Shown: in pieces, positions 29,778 through 38,952 of the stretch
Layout: every line of letters starts with the position of its first letter
How positions within the stretch are numbered: the first letter of the stretch is position 1
DNA from: Euryarchaeota archaeon UBA89
GTDB lineage: Archaea > Thermoplasmatota > Poseidoniia > Poseidoniales > Thalassarchaeaceae
Length of the DNA stretch: 64,000 bases
Reading direction: 5' to 3'
Assembly (NCBI GenBank): GCA_002495525.1
Contig: DAFS01000033.1
Location: 12,509 to 76,508 of the forward strand
The notes under the pieces: generated by a model
Database searches by the model: none
What the model was told of the DNA's origin: nothing
Seen by the model: the letters and a program-made list of their open reading frames with translations, nothing else
Program-made: the position numbers and the translations under genes

Positions 29778-29932
29778 ATTAGATTTTTCACTTCTTGATT
29801 TAGGTTTGAAAGCCTAGCCTGATTTAATAAACGAAGAATACTATCTCTTTCTCTGCGAATATTATCAAGTTGACGTTTTTCACTCTTAATATCCTCTGAA
29901 CTGCGTTCTACCATGTAAATCGGAAAGGGCAA
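29726..29932 (-). CDS. Possible small coiled-coil protein (68 aa) overlapping the 3' tail of the hjc-like gene
   Basis: ORF with heptad-like charged sequence (RQLDNIRRERDSILRLLNQARLSNLNQEVKNLIQEFDRL). Overlaps the hjc-like tail by ~50 nt in antisense; could be spurious. Confidence 0.25.
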   Translation of the reverse strand: MPFPIYMVERSSEDIKSEKRQLDNIRRERDSILRLLNQARLSNLNQEVKNLIQEFDRLDAVLSEDDSY

Positions 29933-29947
29933 TCTTTCAAATCATTT

Positions 29948-31537
29948 TTGCAATATAGAACACAAGTTGAAGAATGGGAGTGTTGGCGTCCTAATATGCA
30001 AGATGAGGAGGGGTCTGTCATGAATCATCTTTTACCAATGATTTCAATCTACTTTTTTTATCTCCTAGGGCTACCAATATGGGGGGCTATAATTATGATA
30101 ATTTGGTACTCTGTACTGATAACTCTAGAAAATAATGGAACGCTCGATAATTGGGATGCGACAAGAGTTTTAGGTTTTATTTTGATGATTAGAACAAAAA
30201 AGGGAAGAGTCTTTCTTGAAAGAGTTTCAAAATATAGAAAATTTTGGAGAGGTTTTGGAGAATTTTCAATTTGGTTATGTTTTCTTGTAATGTTCGGGGT
30301 AATGTTTCTTCTAATTTTCAGCGCTATACTAACTGCTTCTTCACCGCCAGAAGAGTCAATTCCTGCTAAAGATCTTTTATTGATTCCTGGAGTAACAAGC
30401 TTTGTACCATTCTGGTGGCCTGTAATTGCACTGATCATTGCAATAGTGATTCATGAATATGGACACGCAATACAAGCAAGAGTTCATGGAATGAGGGCTA
30501 AAAGTTTTGGATTATTACTGTTAGGACCTTTGCCGATGGGAGCTTTTTTTGAACCTGAGATTCAAGAAATGACTAGGGCACCTAGAAGAGAAAGGCTAAG
30601 AATTTATGCTGCTGCACCTTCGATAAATATTGTATCAACATATATAGTCATATTATTGCTATCATGTACTGCATCAGGATTTATTGCTTCAGAACCTGGA
30701 TTGCATGCAAATGCGATTATAGTCAATAGTGGTGCTGAGGAAGCGGGATTAGAACCTTATGAAATAATCACTCATCTTGATGGAATGGATGTTTCAGATT
30801 ATGATTCCTTCTCAGATATAATGAGTTCTAAATCCGCAGGCGATGAAATGAATTTATCTGTTTTATCTAGAAAAAACAGTATTGGGGAGAGGGACTCAAG
30901 AGAGATTACTGTTACACTAACTGATCAATTAGATTACTATCTATCGCTAGGAATTCCTACTTCATTCCAAGAGGATTGTGAGAATGATGAACAGTGCATG
31001 GAGGATTATGTCAAATTCCTAAATGAGAATGGTATAGAACAAGGAAACGCTTTTCTTGGAGTTAGTGGAATTTCTTCAGGTACTAGTGGGGTAGATGGAT
31101 ATAAGTTATCATCTACTGAGGACTTAAATCCGTTAGTAAGAACTATTATTTTTGTATTTAAGCCATTGGAATTATTGGGTGAACCAATAAGATTAGATGG
31201 GCATTCTATGCCACTAGAAGAGAGAGATTTACTTGAATCAGGAGACGGACTCATTTCTTCCACTATAGGAACAAATGGTATGTTGGCTATTTTTGATTTC
31301 TTATTCTGGTTTGCATGGATAAATTTCATACTTGGTTTTGCTAACTTGATACCTATGGTTCCATTTGATGGTGGACAAATTACCAGAGATTCTACTCACT
31401 CAATTATAAAATTCTTTGGAAGAAATATGAATCCTCTAAGAGTTGAAAAAATAGCTAATAGAGTTAGTGGTTTGAGTAGTATAATTATACTTTTAATTGT
31501 ACTATTCCCAATATTATTAGCTAATATGTTGAACTAG
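29948..31537 (+). CDS. Site-2 protease family (M50) intramembrane zinc metalloprotease with PDZ domain
   Basis: HEYGHAIQARVHG (HExxH in a TM helix), C-terminal NLIPMVPFDGGQI (M50 LDG motif) and an intervening PDZ-like segment. Real start is probably MNHLLPM (~30020). Confidence 0.85.
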   Translation: MQYRTQVEEWECWRPNMQDEEGSVMNHLLPMISIYFFYLLGLPIWGAIIMIIWYSVLITLENNGTLDNWDATRVLGFILMIRTKKGRVFLERVSKYRKFWRGFGEFSIWLCFLVMFGVMFLLIFSAILTASSPPEESIPAKDLLLIPGVTSFVPFWWPVIALIIAIVIHEYGHAIQARVHGMRAKSFGLLLLGPLPMGAFFEPEIQEMTRAPRRERLRIYAAAPSINIVSTYIVILLLSCTASGFIASEPGLHANAIIVNSGAEEAGLEPYEIITHLDGMDVSDYDSFSDIMSSKSAGDEMNLSVLSRKNSIGERDSREITVTLTDQLDYYLSLGIPTSFQEDCENDEQCMEDYVKFLNENGIEQGNAFLGVSGISSGTSGVDGYKLSSTEDLNPLVRTIIFVFKPLELLGEPIRLDGHSMPLEERDLLESGDGLISSTIGTNGMLAIFDFLFWFAWINFILGFANLIPMVPFDGGQITRDSTHSIIKFFGRNMNPLRVEKIANRVSGLSSIIILLIVLFPILLANMLN

Positions 31538-31542
31538 AAAAC

Positions 31543-32427
31543 TTATTCTTCTTCCTCATTTTCTCTGGATATAAAGGTATCATAAACCATAGGGAGAATA
31601 ACCACTGCAGCAATCAATGTAAACAGATTATTCCAGGTTTGTCCAGACACAAATGATGATGTTCCTGAGAAAAAGAGTTTGATTGCTCCGACCCATGGAA
31701 TCTCAGAAGATGCAACTCCCACAACCCAAACATCTCTCACTGCGGTGACAGGATTACCAAACTCATCTTTTAAACCGCGACTCTGAATATATGAATCATC
31801 GGCTGTTGAACTAGTTGCCCTTAGTTGATCAATTGTACATCCATTTGTCATCCTATTATCACCAGTTGTCAAATATCCTTCATGTCTAGGAATCCACTTA
31901 TCAATTGTTAAATTCCCATGAGGTGCACAAGAGTAATCTAAAGTTAACGAAATATTGCTTACATTTACTAAATGGGTTCCTGGGACATCCCATGTCAAAA
32001 TACAAATATATTCTAGCTCATCGAATACACCCTCAGAACAGGAGTCATCAATTGGTTTTTCAGTTACGTTAGTTTCTACTTTGAGTAATACTCGGTGAAT
32101 AACTGGGGTATCACTACCTCCATTTTTCTGATAAATTATAACATCTCCAAGCATACCATGCATTTCATATCCAAAATTCGTATTTTCCTTGTTGGAAGCT
32201 TCTACATATGTCACTATATCTACTCTTTCAGGATTCATAATTAGTACCAAATCACCAGGATCAATCGCTCCTATAGAACCATCTTCACTATGCTTCATAG
32301 AGCCAGATTCAACAACAACCATAGGAGGAAACATACCTGTAGCTAACCACATTGAGCCAAGTAGTAAGAAAACTAAACCTACAGCAAGTAATGCCTCTCT
32401 AAGATAGAGTTTGAAATCATTTGACAT
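31543..32427 (-). CDS. Signal peptidase I, archaeal/ER Sec11 type (S26B)
   Basis: N-terminal TM then VVVESGSMKH catalytic Ser box, and the conserved His box region (VIHRV); C-terminal TM. Confidence 0.75.
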   Translation of the reverse strand: MSNDFKLYLREALLAVGLVFLLLGSMWLATGMFPPMVVVESGSMKHSEDGSIGAIDPGDLVLIMNPERVDIVTYVEASNKENTNFGYEMHGMLGDVIIYQKNGGSDTPVIHRVLLKVETNVTEKPIDDSCSEGVFDELEYICILTWDVPGTHLVNVSNISLTLDYSCAPHGNLTIDKWIPRHEGYLTTGDNRMTNGCTIDQLRATSSTADDSYIQSRGLKDEFGNPVTAVRDVWVVGVASSEIPWVGAIKLFFSGTSSFVSGQTWNNLFTLIAAVVILPMVYDTFISRENEEEE

Positions 32428-32428
32428 A

Positions 32429-33211
32429 CTAATTCCCCTTAGAGTTATACGGCCTAGTAGAGTATAATAGGAAAGATACGAATAAAATTAGAATAATACT
32501 AACCGGATCAAAATGAGGAGCGGTGTGATGGAAAGAGGTTAATCCACTGAACCTTTCTGTGAGATCTATTGTGTATTCTCTAGTTCCTTCTTTGGAAGCT
32601 ATACCAAAAATAGTATTCCATAACAGGGAAAATAAAGTTATCGAGGTAATGAAAATTAATATTCGGTGGAAAATTAATTCTCTAAGTAGACCTAATCCTG
32701 GAAGTTGGCGAGAAATAACTGATTCTGGATTATTCCACCATTTTTCATTAACTAGAAAATCAGTCTGAGTATTAATCTTGGAAGAATTAATCAGATTCTT
32801 TCCAACGGGAATTTCATGCAGTTCAAGTAATTCACGCATAAGACCGATATGCCTTTCTCCCAACATAATAGCTGCTTCTTCACCTTCTTTGCGACGCCTT
32901 AAAACTTCAGCGCGTGAATCTAACAACAGAATATCATCCAGAGTTTGTTTTTTCTCTAAATAAAAGAAGAACTCTGGGCCGACATAAAAGGTACCAATTG
33001 CTCCGATTAACATGCCTATCCAACTTAATGTTACAATATTTTCTTTAGATGGATCTGTAGGACCTGAAAGGCCAAAAAGAAAAATTATTCCCCAAAGTAA
33101 AAGTGCGAATGATAGAATTGAAACATTGGTGATGATTTGAAAATGTCTACCACTTTGGCTATCCCATAATCGACCGAAAAAACCTAAATTTCTTTCATCA
33201 CGACGAGCCAT
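32429..33211 (-). CDS. Hypothetical membrane protein (4-5 TM), immediately upstream of the signal peptidase gene
   Basis: Hydrophobic segments; 2-nt gap to the signal peptidase gene; no recognised motif. Confidence 0.6.
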   Translation of the reverse strand: MARRDERNLGFFGRLWDSQSGRHFQIITNVSILSFALLLWGIIFLFGLSGPTDPSKENIVTLSWIGMLIGAIGTFYVGPEFFFYLEKKQTLDDILLLDSRAEVLRRRKEGEEAAIMLGERHIGLMRELLELHEIPVGKNLINSSKINTQTDFLVNEKWWNNPESVISRQLPGLGLLRELIFHRILIFITSITLFSLLWNTIFGIASKEGTREYTIDLTERFSGLTSFHHTAPHFDPVSIILILFVSFLLYSTRPYNSKGN

Positions 33212-33298
33212 TATAACATTCGTGGGTAAGGCTTCGTGGCTTAGTGTCTTACGCTAACAAGTTCACATGAAAAAACTTGATTTAACCAATTAATTGAT

Positions 33299-34507
33299 TT
33301 GCTATACTATCAATCGAACCTTATGGTGAAGCAATGGCTAGTGGTCTTGATTGTTGTTGGATTGATGCTTTCTGGCTGTATCGGAGATGAATTTCTAGAT
33401 ATGGATAACGATGGTATAGAAGATAACGAAGATTTAGACAGAGATGGGGATGGCTGGATGAATATAATGGAGATTGATTGTGATAGTGACCCAGACAATT
33501 TTGAAGAAATACCAAACGATCTTGATAGTGATACAATCTGCGATAATTTAGATGAAGATATTGATGGTGATGATTTACCAAATGACTGGGAAGTCGAAAG
33601 AGGGCTTGATCCAATGAATAAAAATGATACTATTGTATGTCATGGATTGTCAAAATACTGTTTAAGAAACTATGATGATTTTACATTTCCTGAAACACAT
33701 AATGCTTTCGCAACATCCGAAGATGGAGTAATTCTTGGAACTAATCACTACACAGGTCTTCAGGCACAATGGGATGGAGGAGTTAGAGCATTTATGGTTG
33801 ATGCCCATCATCTAAGTGAAGATGAAACTGAAGCTGAAGATGTGAGATTTTGTCATGGTTCTCCAGGACAATTCCCCCACCCCTGTAAGTATTCCGAAGT
33901 AGACCCATTTGAATGGTTATCACTTCTAAATTCATTGATGAATTTAACTAATGAAAATTGTTCATTCATGTGTGGGGAAGTTGTGTCAATACTAGTTGAA
34001 AACTATGTTCCTGCGAATCATTTAGAGTTTTTATTTAATCAAACTGGAATTTTAGAAAGAGTATTTATCCATCAATTAGGAGAACCTTGGCCTTCAATTG
34101 GAGATATGATTCTACAAAAGAAGGATGTAGTCATATATGTCCAATCTGAGTATAATGAAAGTTTTTCCTATTTCCATCCAGCCTGGAAACATAGTTGGGA
34201 TACTCCATATGGTCAGCAAGATAAAGAAGAAATGACCTGTGAATTGGGAAGAGGTGATTCGAGTCAGTCTGTATGGCATTTGAGTAATTGGTTGAGTAGT
34301 ATCTTCGGTACAGCAGATCCTTACAAAGCTCATGAAGTAAATGAGTATGAATTTTTACTAAATCGAACTATCGAATGTTGGGAAATTATGGATAGGAGAC
34401 CTACATTTGTAGCCGTCGATTATTGGGAAGATGGTGAAATAACAAATGTAACAATCACCTTAAACAAAATGGAAAATTGGGATGATGAAATACCTGCTCA
34501 TCCATAA
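33299..34507 (+). CDS. Secreted protein with Asp-rich Ca2+-binding repeats (thrombospondin type-3/dockerin-like) and a PLC-like phosphodiesterase (PI-PLC X-type) domain
   Basis: Signal/TM segment (WLVVLIVVGLMLSGC, lipobox-like). Repeated DxDxDG motifs (DMDNDGIEDNEDLDRDGDGW, DLDSDTICDNLDEDIDGDD). Candidate catalytic His motifs FPETHNAF and RAFMVDAHH resemble bacterial PI-PLC (IPGTHDS...). Confidence 0.6.
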   Translation: MLYYQSNLMVKQWLVVLIVVGLMLSGCIGDEFLDMDNDGIEDNEDLDRDGDGWMNIMEIDCDSDPDNFEEIPNDLDSDTICDNLDEDIDGDDLPNDWEVERGLDPMNKNDTIVCHGLSKYCLRNYDDFTFPETHNAFATSEDGVILGTNHYTGLQAQWDGGVRAFMVDAHHLSEDETEAEDVRFCHGSPGQFPHPCKYSEVDPFEWLSLLNSLMNLTNENCSFMCGEVVSILVENYVPANHLEFLFNQTGILERVFIHQLGEPWPSIGDMILQKKDVVIYVQSEYNESFSYFHPAWKHSWDTPYGQQDKEEMTCELGRGDSSQSVWHLSNWLSSIFGTADPYKAHEVNEYEFLLNRTIECWEIMDRRPTFVAVDYWEDGEITNVTITLNKMENWDDEIPAHP

Positions 34508-34572
34508 ATTAAGTTCCTGTAGTTAATCTGTAATTCGTTGGGTTTTCTAAATAGAACCCTGTCGATACGGAT

Positions 34573-37557
34573 ATGGAAGGGGCAGCAATAGAATTTCTGC
34601 ACCCTAAAGTTAGAGATTTAATAAATAATTTAGGTTGGAATCTAACTCCAATTCAAGAAGAAGCGGCTATTGATTTATGTGCAGGAAAAAATAGACTTTT
34701 AGTTGCCCCAACCGGAAGTGGAAAAACAGAAGCTGCAATATTACCTATAATTTCTAGAGCAATTAATGAGAATTGGGAAGGTTTGTCAATTCTATATATT
34801 ACTCCATTGAGAGCACTAAATAGAGATATTGAAAGAAGATTATCTACGATGCTAGAACCTCTTGGATTAAGTGTCGGATTAAGGCATGGAGATACTACTC
34901 AAAAAGAAAGAACGAAACAATCAAAAAATCCTCCTAATTTATTGATTACAACACCGGAAACCACACAAATAATGATGTTAGGAAGTAGATTAAGAAAACA
35001 TCTTTCAGGCGTTAAAGTTATTATTTTAGACGAAATTCATGACTTAGCAGGAAGTGAAAGAGGTTCTCAATTAATGGTTGGTCTAGAACGCATTGCCGAT
35101 ATTAACCCCAATAACATACAACGAATAGGCCTATCAGCAACTGTTGGAAATCCCAGTGAAGTTGCTGATTATATGGCTAAAAATGCACAGCCTATACTAG
35201 GTCCTGCTCCAAGATTTACAGATGTTTTAGTGCATAAAGAAATACCTTCTCCTGAAGATGAGATTTTATCTGTAAAATGGTCTGTTTCACCTAATTCAAT
35301 TGCAGCTTTTAGAAGGCTGGCTAACTCATTAATGGAAGATTACCCATCATTAGTATTTGTTAATTCAAGATCTGCTGCTGAAACTGTTGCTCAAAGACTA
35401 ACTTCCATTGCATCGGAAATAAAAATCGGCGTACATCATGGAAGTCTTGCTTCCGATACTAGAAAAGAAATGGAAGATAAACTAAGAAATGGCGATTTAC
35501 ATGGAATTATTTGTACTAGCAGTTTAGAATTAGGAATTGATATTGGGTCAATTAAGAAAGTACATCAATTACAATCTCCAAGGGCAGTGGATAGATTACT
35601 ACAAAGAATGGGTAGAGCCGAACATCATCTAGGCGGAACTGGTAGAGGAGAAATTCTAGCATGGGAACTAGATGAAATCTCTGAATGTGCCGTGATTTCT
35701 AGAAGAGCTATGGCATCTGAACTTGAAGGTGTAGAATGGCAAACAGAACCAGGAATTGTTGCCGCAAATCAGTTCATACAGTTAAGTATAGAAAGAGGAT
35801 TAGTACCACTTCAGAAAGCTAATGATATCATAGAGAGTTGTTCATTATTTAGAGAATGGAATTATGAAAAAACTCTGAATATTTTGAGAGTATTGAATGA
35901 TCGATGGCTAATCAAACTTGTTGAGAATCCTGAGGATTCAGATGTAACTAACTGGCCTGCAAGACTCTGGGAAGAACTAGCAAAGAAGAGTAATCAAAAT
36001 GTTCCTGAGAAAAGGCCTCCATGGGACGAGGAACAAAAAGAATCTGATAAAGTTAGATGGAGAAAAGCAATGATAAAACATCTGCCCAAGAGTCTGGAAA
36101 AAGGTTGGTTTTCCCCATCTGGAAAAGCAGCTAAATCCAGAACTGAGCATATCTCCATGATTCCAGATGAAATTTCTTACAGAGTCCGAGATGCAGTAAG
36201 TAGATCTGTTCTTGGTTCTGTTGACGAAGCATTCGTTTTATCACTAAATAATGATGCTAGCGATGATTCTCTCGGGAGAGCAAGAAGATTTGTAATGGCG
36301 GGAAGAACTTGGCAAATTGTTGATGCTGATCCTGAGCAAGAAGAACTTCTAGTGGCTCCGATAAAAGAGACAGGAGAGGCTCCAGTATGGTCGGGAGAAT
36401 TACCTCCAGTTCCAAAAGAAGTAGCAAGAGAAGTGGGGAAATTGAGAAGGGCTGTTGCCATATCTATAGGAGCAATTGAAGATGATAATTCAGTAATTCC
36501 CTTTGAAGAATATCCATTATCACCTAGTGCAAGAGATGTACTGATTAGAACTGTTGCAGACCATATTGAGGCTACTGGGTATTTACCTGATGAAAGAACT
36601 ATTACAATAGAAGAAAGGCAAAATACAATTATTCTAAACACATGTGCTGGTTCCAAAATAAATGAAACTTTAGCGCATTTAATTCAAGCATTTGGTTCAT
36701 TAAAAGAAGGAAAAATGGGGAGGACATTAATCGACCCTTATAGAATATCAATTCAGATCCCAGGTACGAATACTGCAGATATAATTGGATGGTTACAAGA
36801 TACCCCTCCTGTTGCTTTACCTTCTTTGATGCGAATGACAATTCCCAATAGCAGAGCAGTAAGATGGAGAGTCGTCCAGGTCGCAAGAAGAATGGGGGTT
36901 TTACGGAAAGGGGTTGACCCACGTAAAGTAAATCTTCAAGGTTTGATGAGAAGATGGAAAGGAACCCCAGTAATAGAAGAAGCGCTGAGTAAGTTATTCC
37001 ATGAAAGAATGGATATAGAGGCAACTGTAGACTTGCTGAAAGAAATACAAAATGGCGAAAAAAAGTTATTAGTAACTCCACCAGGACCTCTTGGTCAATC
37101 AAAAAAGAGCGAAAAAGATCTGTTACTTCCATCATGGTCTGATAAAGAACTTAGAGACCATTTAGAAGTTAGATTAATCAATGAAAGAGCAGTATTAATT
37201 TGTCTAAATTGTAAAAATAAGACAAGGAAGAGAGTAGCTAGATTCGCAGAAAGAATTGAACCATGTTCAACATGTTCAGGAACTATGCAAGCATGTTCAC
37301 CGGAAAGAATGGAGTCCATGTTATCGGATTGGGTTGAGAGTAAAGATCCAAAGATATATGGGAAGATGACTAAGAATGCAGAATTGATTCGCACTCATGG
37401 AAAAGATGCAATAATTTGTATGATGGGCAGAGGAATTGCAGAAGAAACTGCCACTAAAATACTCAGAGGACATATTTTTGGAGAGAGGGTAAGATTACTT
37501 CGTTCTATACATAATGCTGAGTTAAAATATGCTTCAACTAGAAGATATTGGGGATAA
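34573..37557 (+). CDS. lhr: Lhr-family (large helicase-related) DExH-box ATP-dependent helicase with a C-terminal Cys4 zinc ribbon
   Basis: Walker A LLVAPTGSGKTEAAILPI, DExH VIILDEIHDL, helicase C motifs (HHGSL, QRMGRAEH). ~1000 aa with CLNCKN...CSTCSG near the C-terminus. Confidence 0.85.
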   Translation: MEGAAIEFLHPKVRDLINNLGWNLTPIQEEAAIDLCAGKNRLLVAPTGSGKTEAAILPIISRAINENWEGLSILYITPLRALNRDIERRLSTMLEPLGLSVGLRHGDTTQKERTKQSKNPPNLLITTPETTQIMMLGSRLRKHLSGVKVIILDEIHDLAGSERGSQLMVGLERIADINPNNIQRIGLSATVGNPSEVADYMAKNAQPILGPAPRFTDVLVHKEIPSPEDEILSVKWSVSPNSIAAFRRLANSLMEDYPSLVFVNSRSAAETVAQRLTSIASEIKIGVHHGSLASDTRKEMEDKLRNGDLHGIICTSSLELGIDIGSIKKVHQLQSPRAVDRLLQRMGRAEHHLGGTGRGEILAWELDEISECAVISRRAMASELEGVEWQTEPGIVAANQFIQLSIERGLVPLQKANDIIESCSLFREWNYEKTLNILRVLNDRWLIKLVENPEDSDVTNWPARLWEELAKKSNQNVPEKRPPWDEEQKESDKVRWRKAMIKHLPKSLEKGWFSPSGKAAKSRTEHISMIPDEISYRVRDAVSRSVLGSVDEAFVLSLNNDASDDSLGRARRFVMAGRTWQIVDADPEQEELLVAPIKETGEAPVWSGELPPVPKEVAREVGKLRRAVAISIGAIEDDNSVIPFEEYPLSPSARDVLIRTVADHIEATGYLPDERTITIEERQNTIILNTCAGSKINETLAHLIQAFGSLKEGKMGRTLIDPYRISIQIPGTNTADIIGWLQDTPPVALPSLMRMTIPNSRAVRWRVVQVARRMGVLRKGVDPRKVNLQGLMRRWKGTPVIEEALSKLFHERMDIEATVDLLKEIQNGEKKLLVTPPGPLGQSKKSEKDLLLPSWSDKELRDHLEVRLINERAVLICLNCKNKTRKRVARFAERIEPCSTCSGTMQACSPERMESMLSDWVESKDPKIYGKMTKNAELIRTHGKDAIICMMGRGIAEETATKILRGHIFGERVRLLRSIHNAELKYASTRRYWG

Positions 37558-37599
37558 AAAAAGGCAATCACTATTTCCATCCTTTCACGGGGTATTGAC

Positions 37600-38142
37600 A
37601 TGCTCATCGGTTTGACGGGGAAAAATGCGTCTGGAAAGTCGACAGTTGTTAAATGGTTTTCAAAAAAGGGCTTGGAGACTTTGTCCTGTTCCGATTCTAT
37701 CAGAGCATGGCTTGCAGAACAAAATATTGAACCTACAAGAGACGCTTTGATTGAAGGAGGGAGAGAACTTAGAAGAAAGGGTGGCGCTGGAATATTAGCA
37801 GAAATGTTGCTAGACATTCTGGATGGAAAGGATGCTGTTGTTGATTCAATTAGGACCCCTGGAGAAGTTGAGGCTTTGAGGAAAAGAGATGATTTTATCT
37901 TAATAGAAATTAGAGCAAATACAGAAACAAGATGGGAGAGACTACAAAGTAGGGCAAGAGCTGGTGATCCCTTAGACAAAGAGACTTTTATGGAGCAAGA
38001 AAAGACAGAGGCTGTAGCTAAAGATGAGGCAGGGCAGGCTCTAAATGCAACTGCAGAATTGGCAGATTTAGTAATATTAAATGATGGGACTGAAGATGAT
38101 TTAATCAATGATTTAGATGAATTATTACTCATATTAAAATAA
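37600..38142 (+). CDS. P-loop nucleotide/nucleoside kinase (dephospho-CoA-kinase-like / archaeal UPF0200-type)
   Basis: Walker A IGLTGKNASGKST at the N-terminus, ~180 aa, similar to the CoaE N-terminus (IGLTGGIGSGKST). Substrate not inferable. Confidence 0.55.
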   Translation: MLIGLTGKNASGKSTVVKWFSKKGLETLSCSDSIRAWLAEQNIEPTRDALIEGGRELRRKGGAGILAEMLLDILDGKDAVVDSIRTPGEVEALRKRDDFILIEIRANTETRWERLQSRARAGDPLDKETFMEQEKTEAVAKDEAGQALNATAELADLVILNDGTEDDLINDLDELLLILK

Positions 38143-38150
38143 TAATCTAA

Positions 38151-38588
38151 TCATGCTGTTCTGACAATTATCCCTGCTTCATTCATCATTTCAGAAGCAA
38201 TATCGAAATCTTTCTGCCATCTTTCTGGTATTTGTAAATCTTTAGGATAGACAACTTCGCTAACACCTGCTTGAATAAGAGAACGTGTACATCTAGAACA
38301 AGGTGGCCAGGTTACATAGGCCATTGTTCCCTTTAATGAGATACCAATTCTTGCAGCATGCATTATTGCATTCTCTTCTGCATGACAAATCATCGGATAC
38401 TTCTGTTCGCGATCTTCAAGTCTCTCAATTTTATCTTCAATCCCTCTAGGAAAACCATTGAAACCAGTTGACCTAATTTCGCGATCTTCACCAACAACAA
38501 TACAACCTACTTTAGTTGACGGATCTTTAGACCAGTCAGAGATATGCTTCGCTAACTCTAGAAATCTTTTATCCCATTTGTCGCTCAT
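38151..38588 (-). CDS. Deoxycytidylate (dCMP)/cytidine deaminase, zinc-dependent
   Basis: HAEENAI zinc-ligand motif and PCSRC motif. Start placed at MSDKWDKRF..., because the longer ORF start would overlap the upstream gene and codes a non-native hydrophobic stretch. Confidence 0.85.
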   Translation of the reverse strand: MSDKWDKRFLELAKHISDWSKDPSTKVGCIVVGEDREIRSTGFNGFPRGIEDKIERLEDREQKYPMICHAEENAIMHAARIGISLKGTMAYVTWPPCSRCTRSLIQAGVSEVVYPKDLQIPERWQKDFDIASEMMNEAGIIVRTA

Positions 38589-38610
38589 ATAAACATCTCC
38601 AAAATATCTA

Positions 38611-38919
38611 TCATAAGTCATTATCCCTATTCGCTTCTGTACGATTAGGGTCGTAACCATCAAATGAAGTAGGATTTGCATAACAATCAGGATCATCTCT
38701 ATCGGCTTTTCCACCATTATCATTATCTAAACCATCACCGCAATTGCCTATATCATCATCATTTGATGAAAGAAAACTTTCTGCGCCACCACCGGCTAGA
38801 ATAGCAAATAACAAGCCAGAAAGAACAAGGATAAGGGCTACTAAGATATATTTCGAAGTACTGTCTTGTGGTTCTAAGACTACTTTAATTTCAGTTTTCT
38901 CATTCGGCTTATTAGTCAT
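38611..38919 (-). CDS. Small membrane-anchored protein with a Cys-bracketed Asp-rich Ca2+-binding-like motif (CGDGLDNDNGGKADRDDPDC)
   Basis: 102 aa; one TM (ILVALILVLSGLLFAILAGG), then a D/N/G-rich segment resembling dockerin/TSP3 loops; ends 23 nt upstream of the dCMP deaminase start. Confidence 0.5.
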   Translation of the reverse strand: MTNKPNEKTEIKVVLEPQDSTSKYILVALILVLSGLLFAILAGGGAESFLSSNDDDIGNCGDGLDNDNGGKADRDDPDCYANPTSFDGYDPNRTEANRDNDL

Positions 38920-38952
38920 CTACGAGCCATCCACAAGGGTCATCCTTTTTGA

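Noticed and set aside
38589-38723. Upstream extension of the dCMP deaminase ORF (MIMVEKPIEMILIVMQ…)
   Set aside because: It would overlap the 3' end of the upstream small gene and encodes an implausible hydrophobic leader. Deaminase similarity starts at MSDKWDK.
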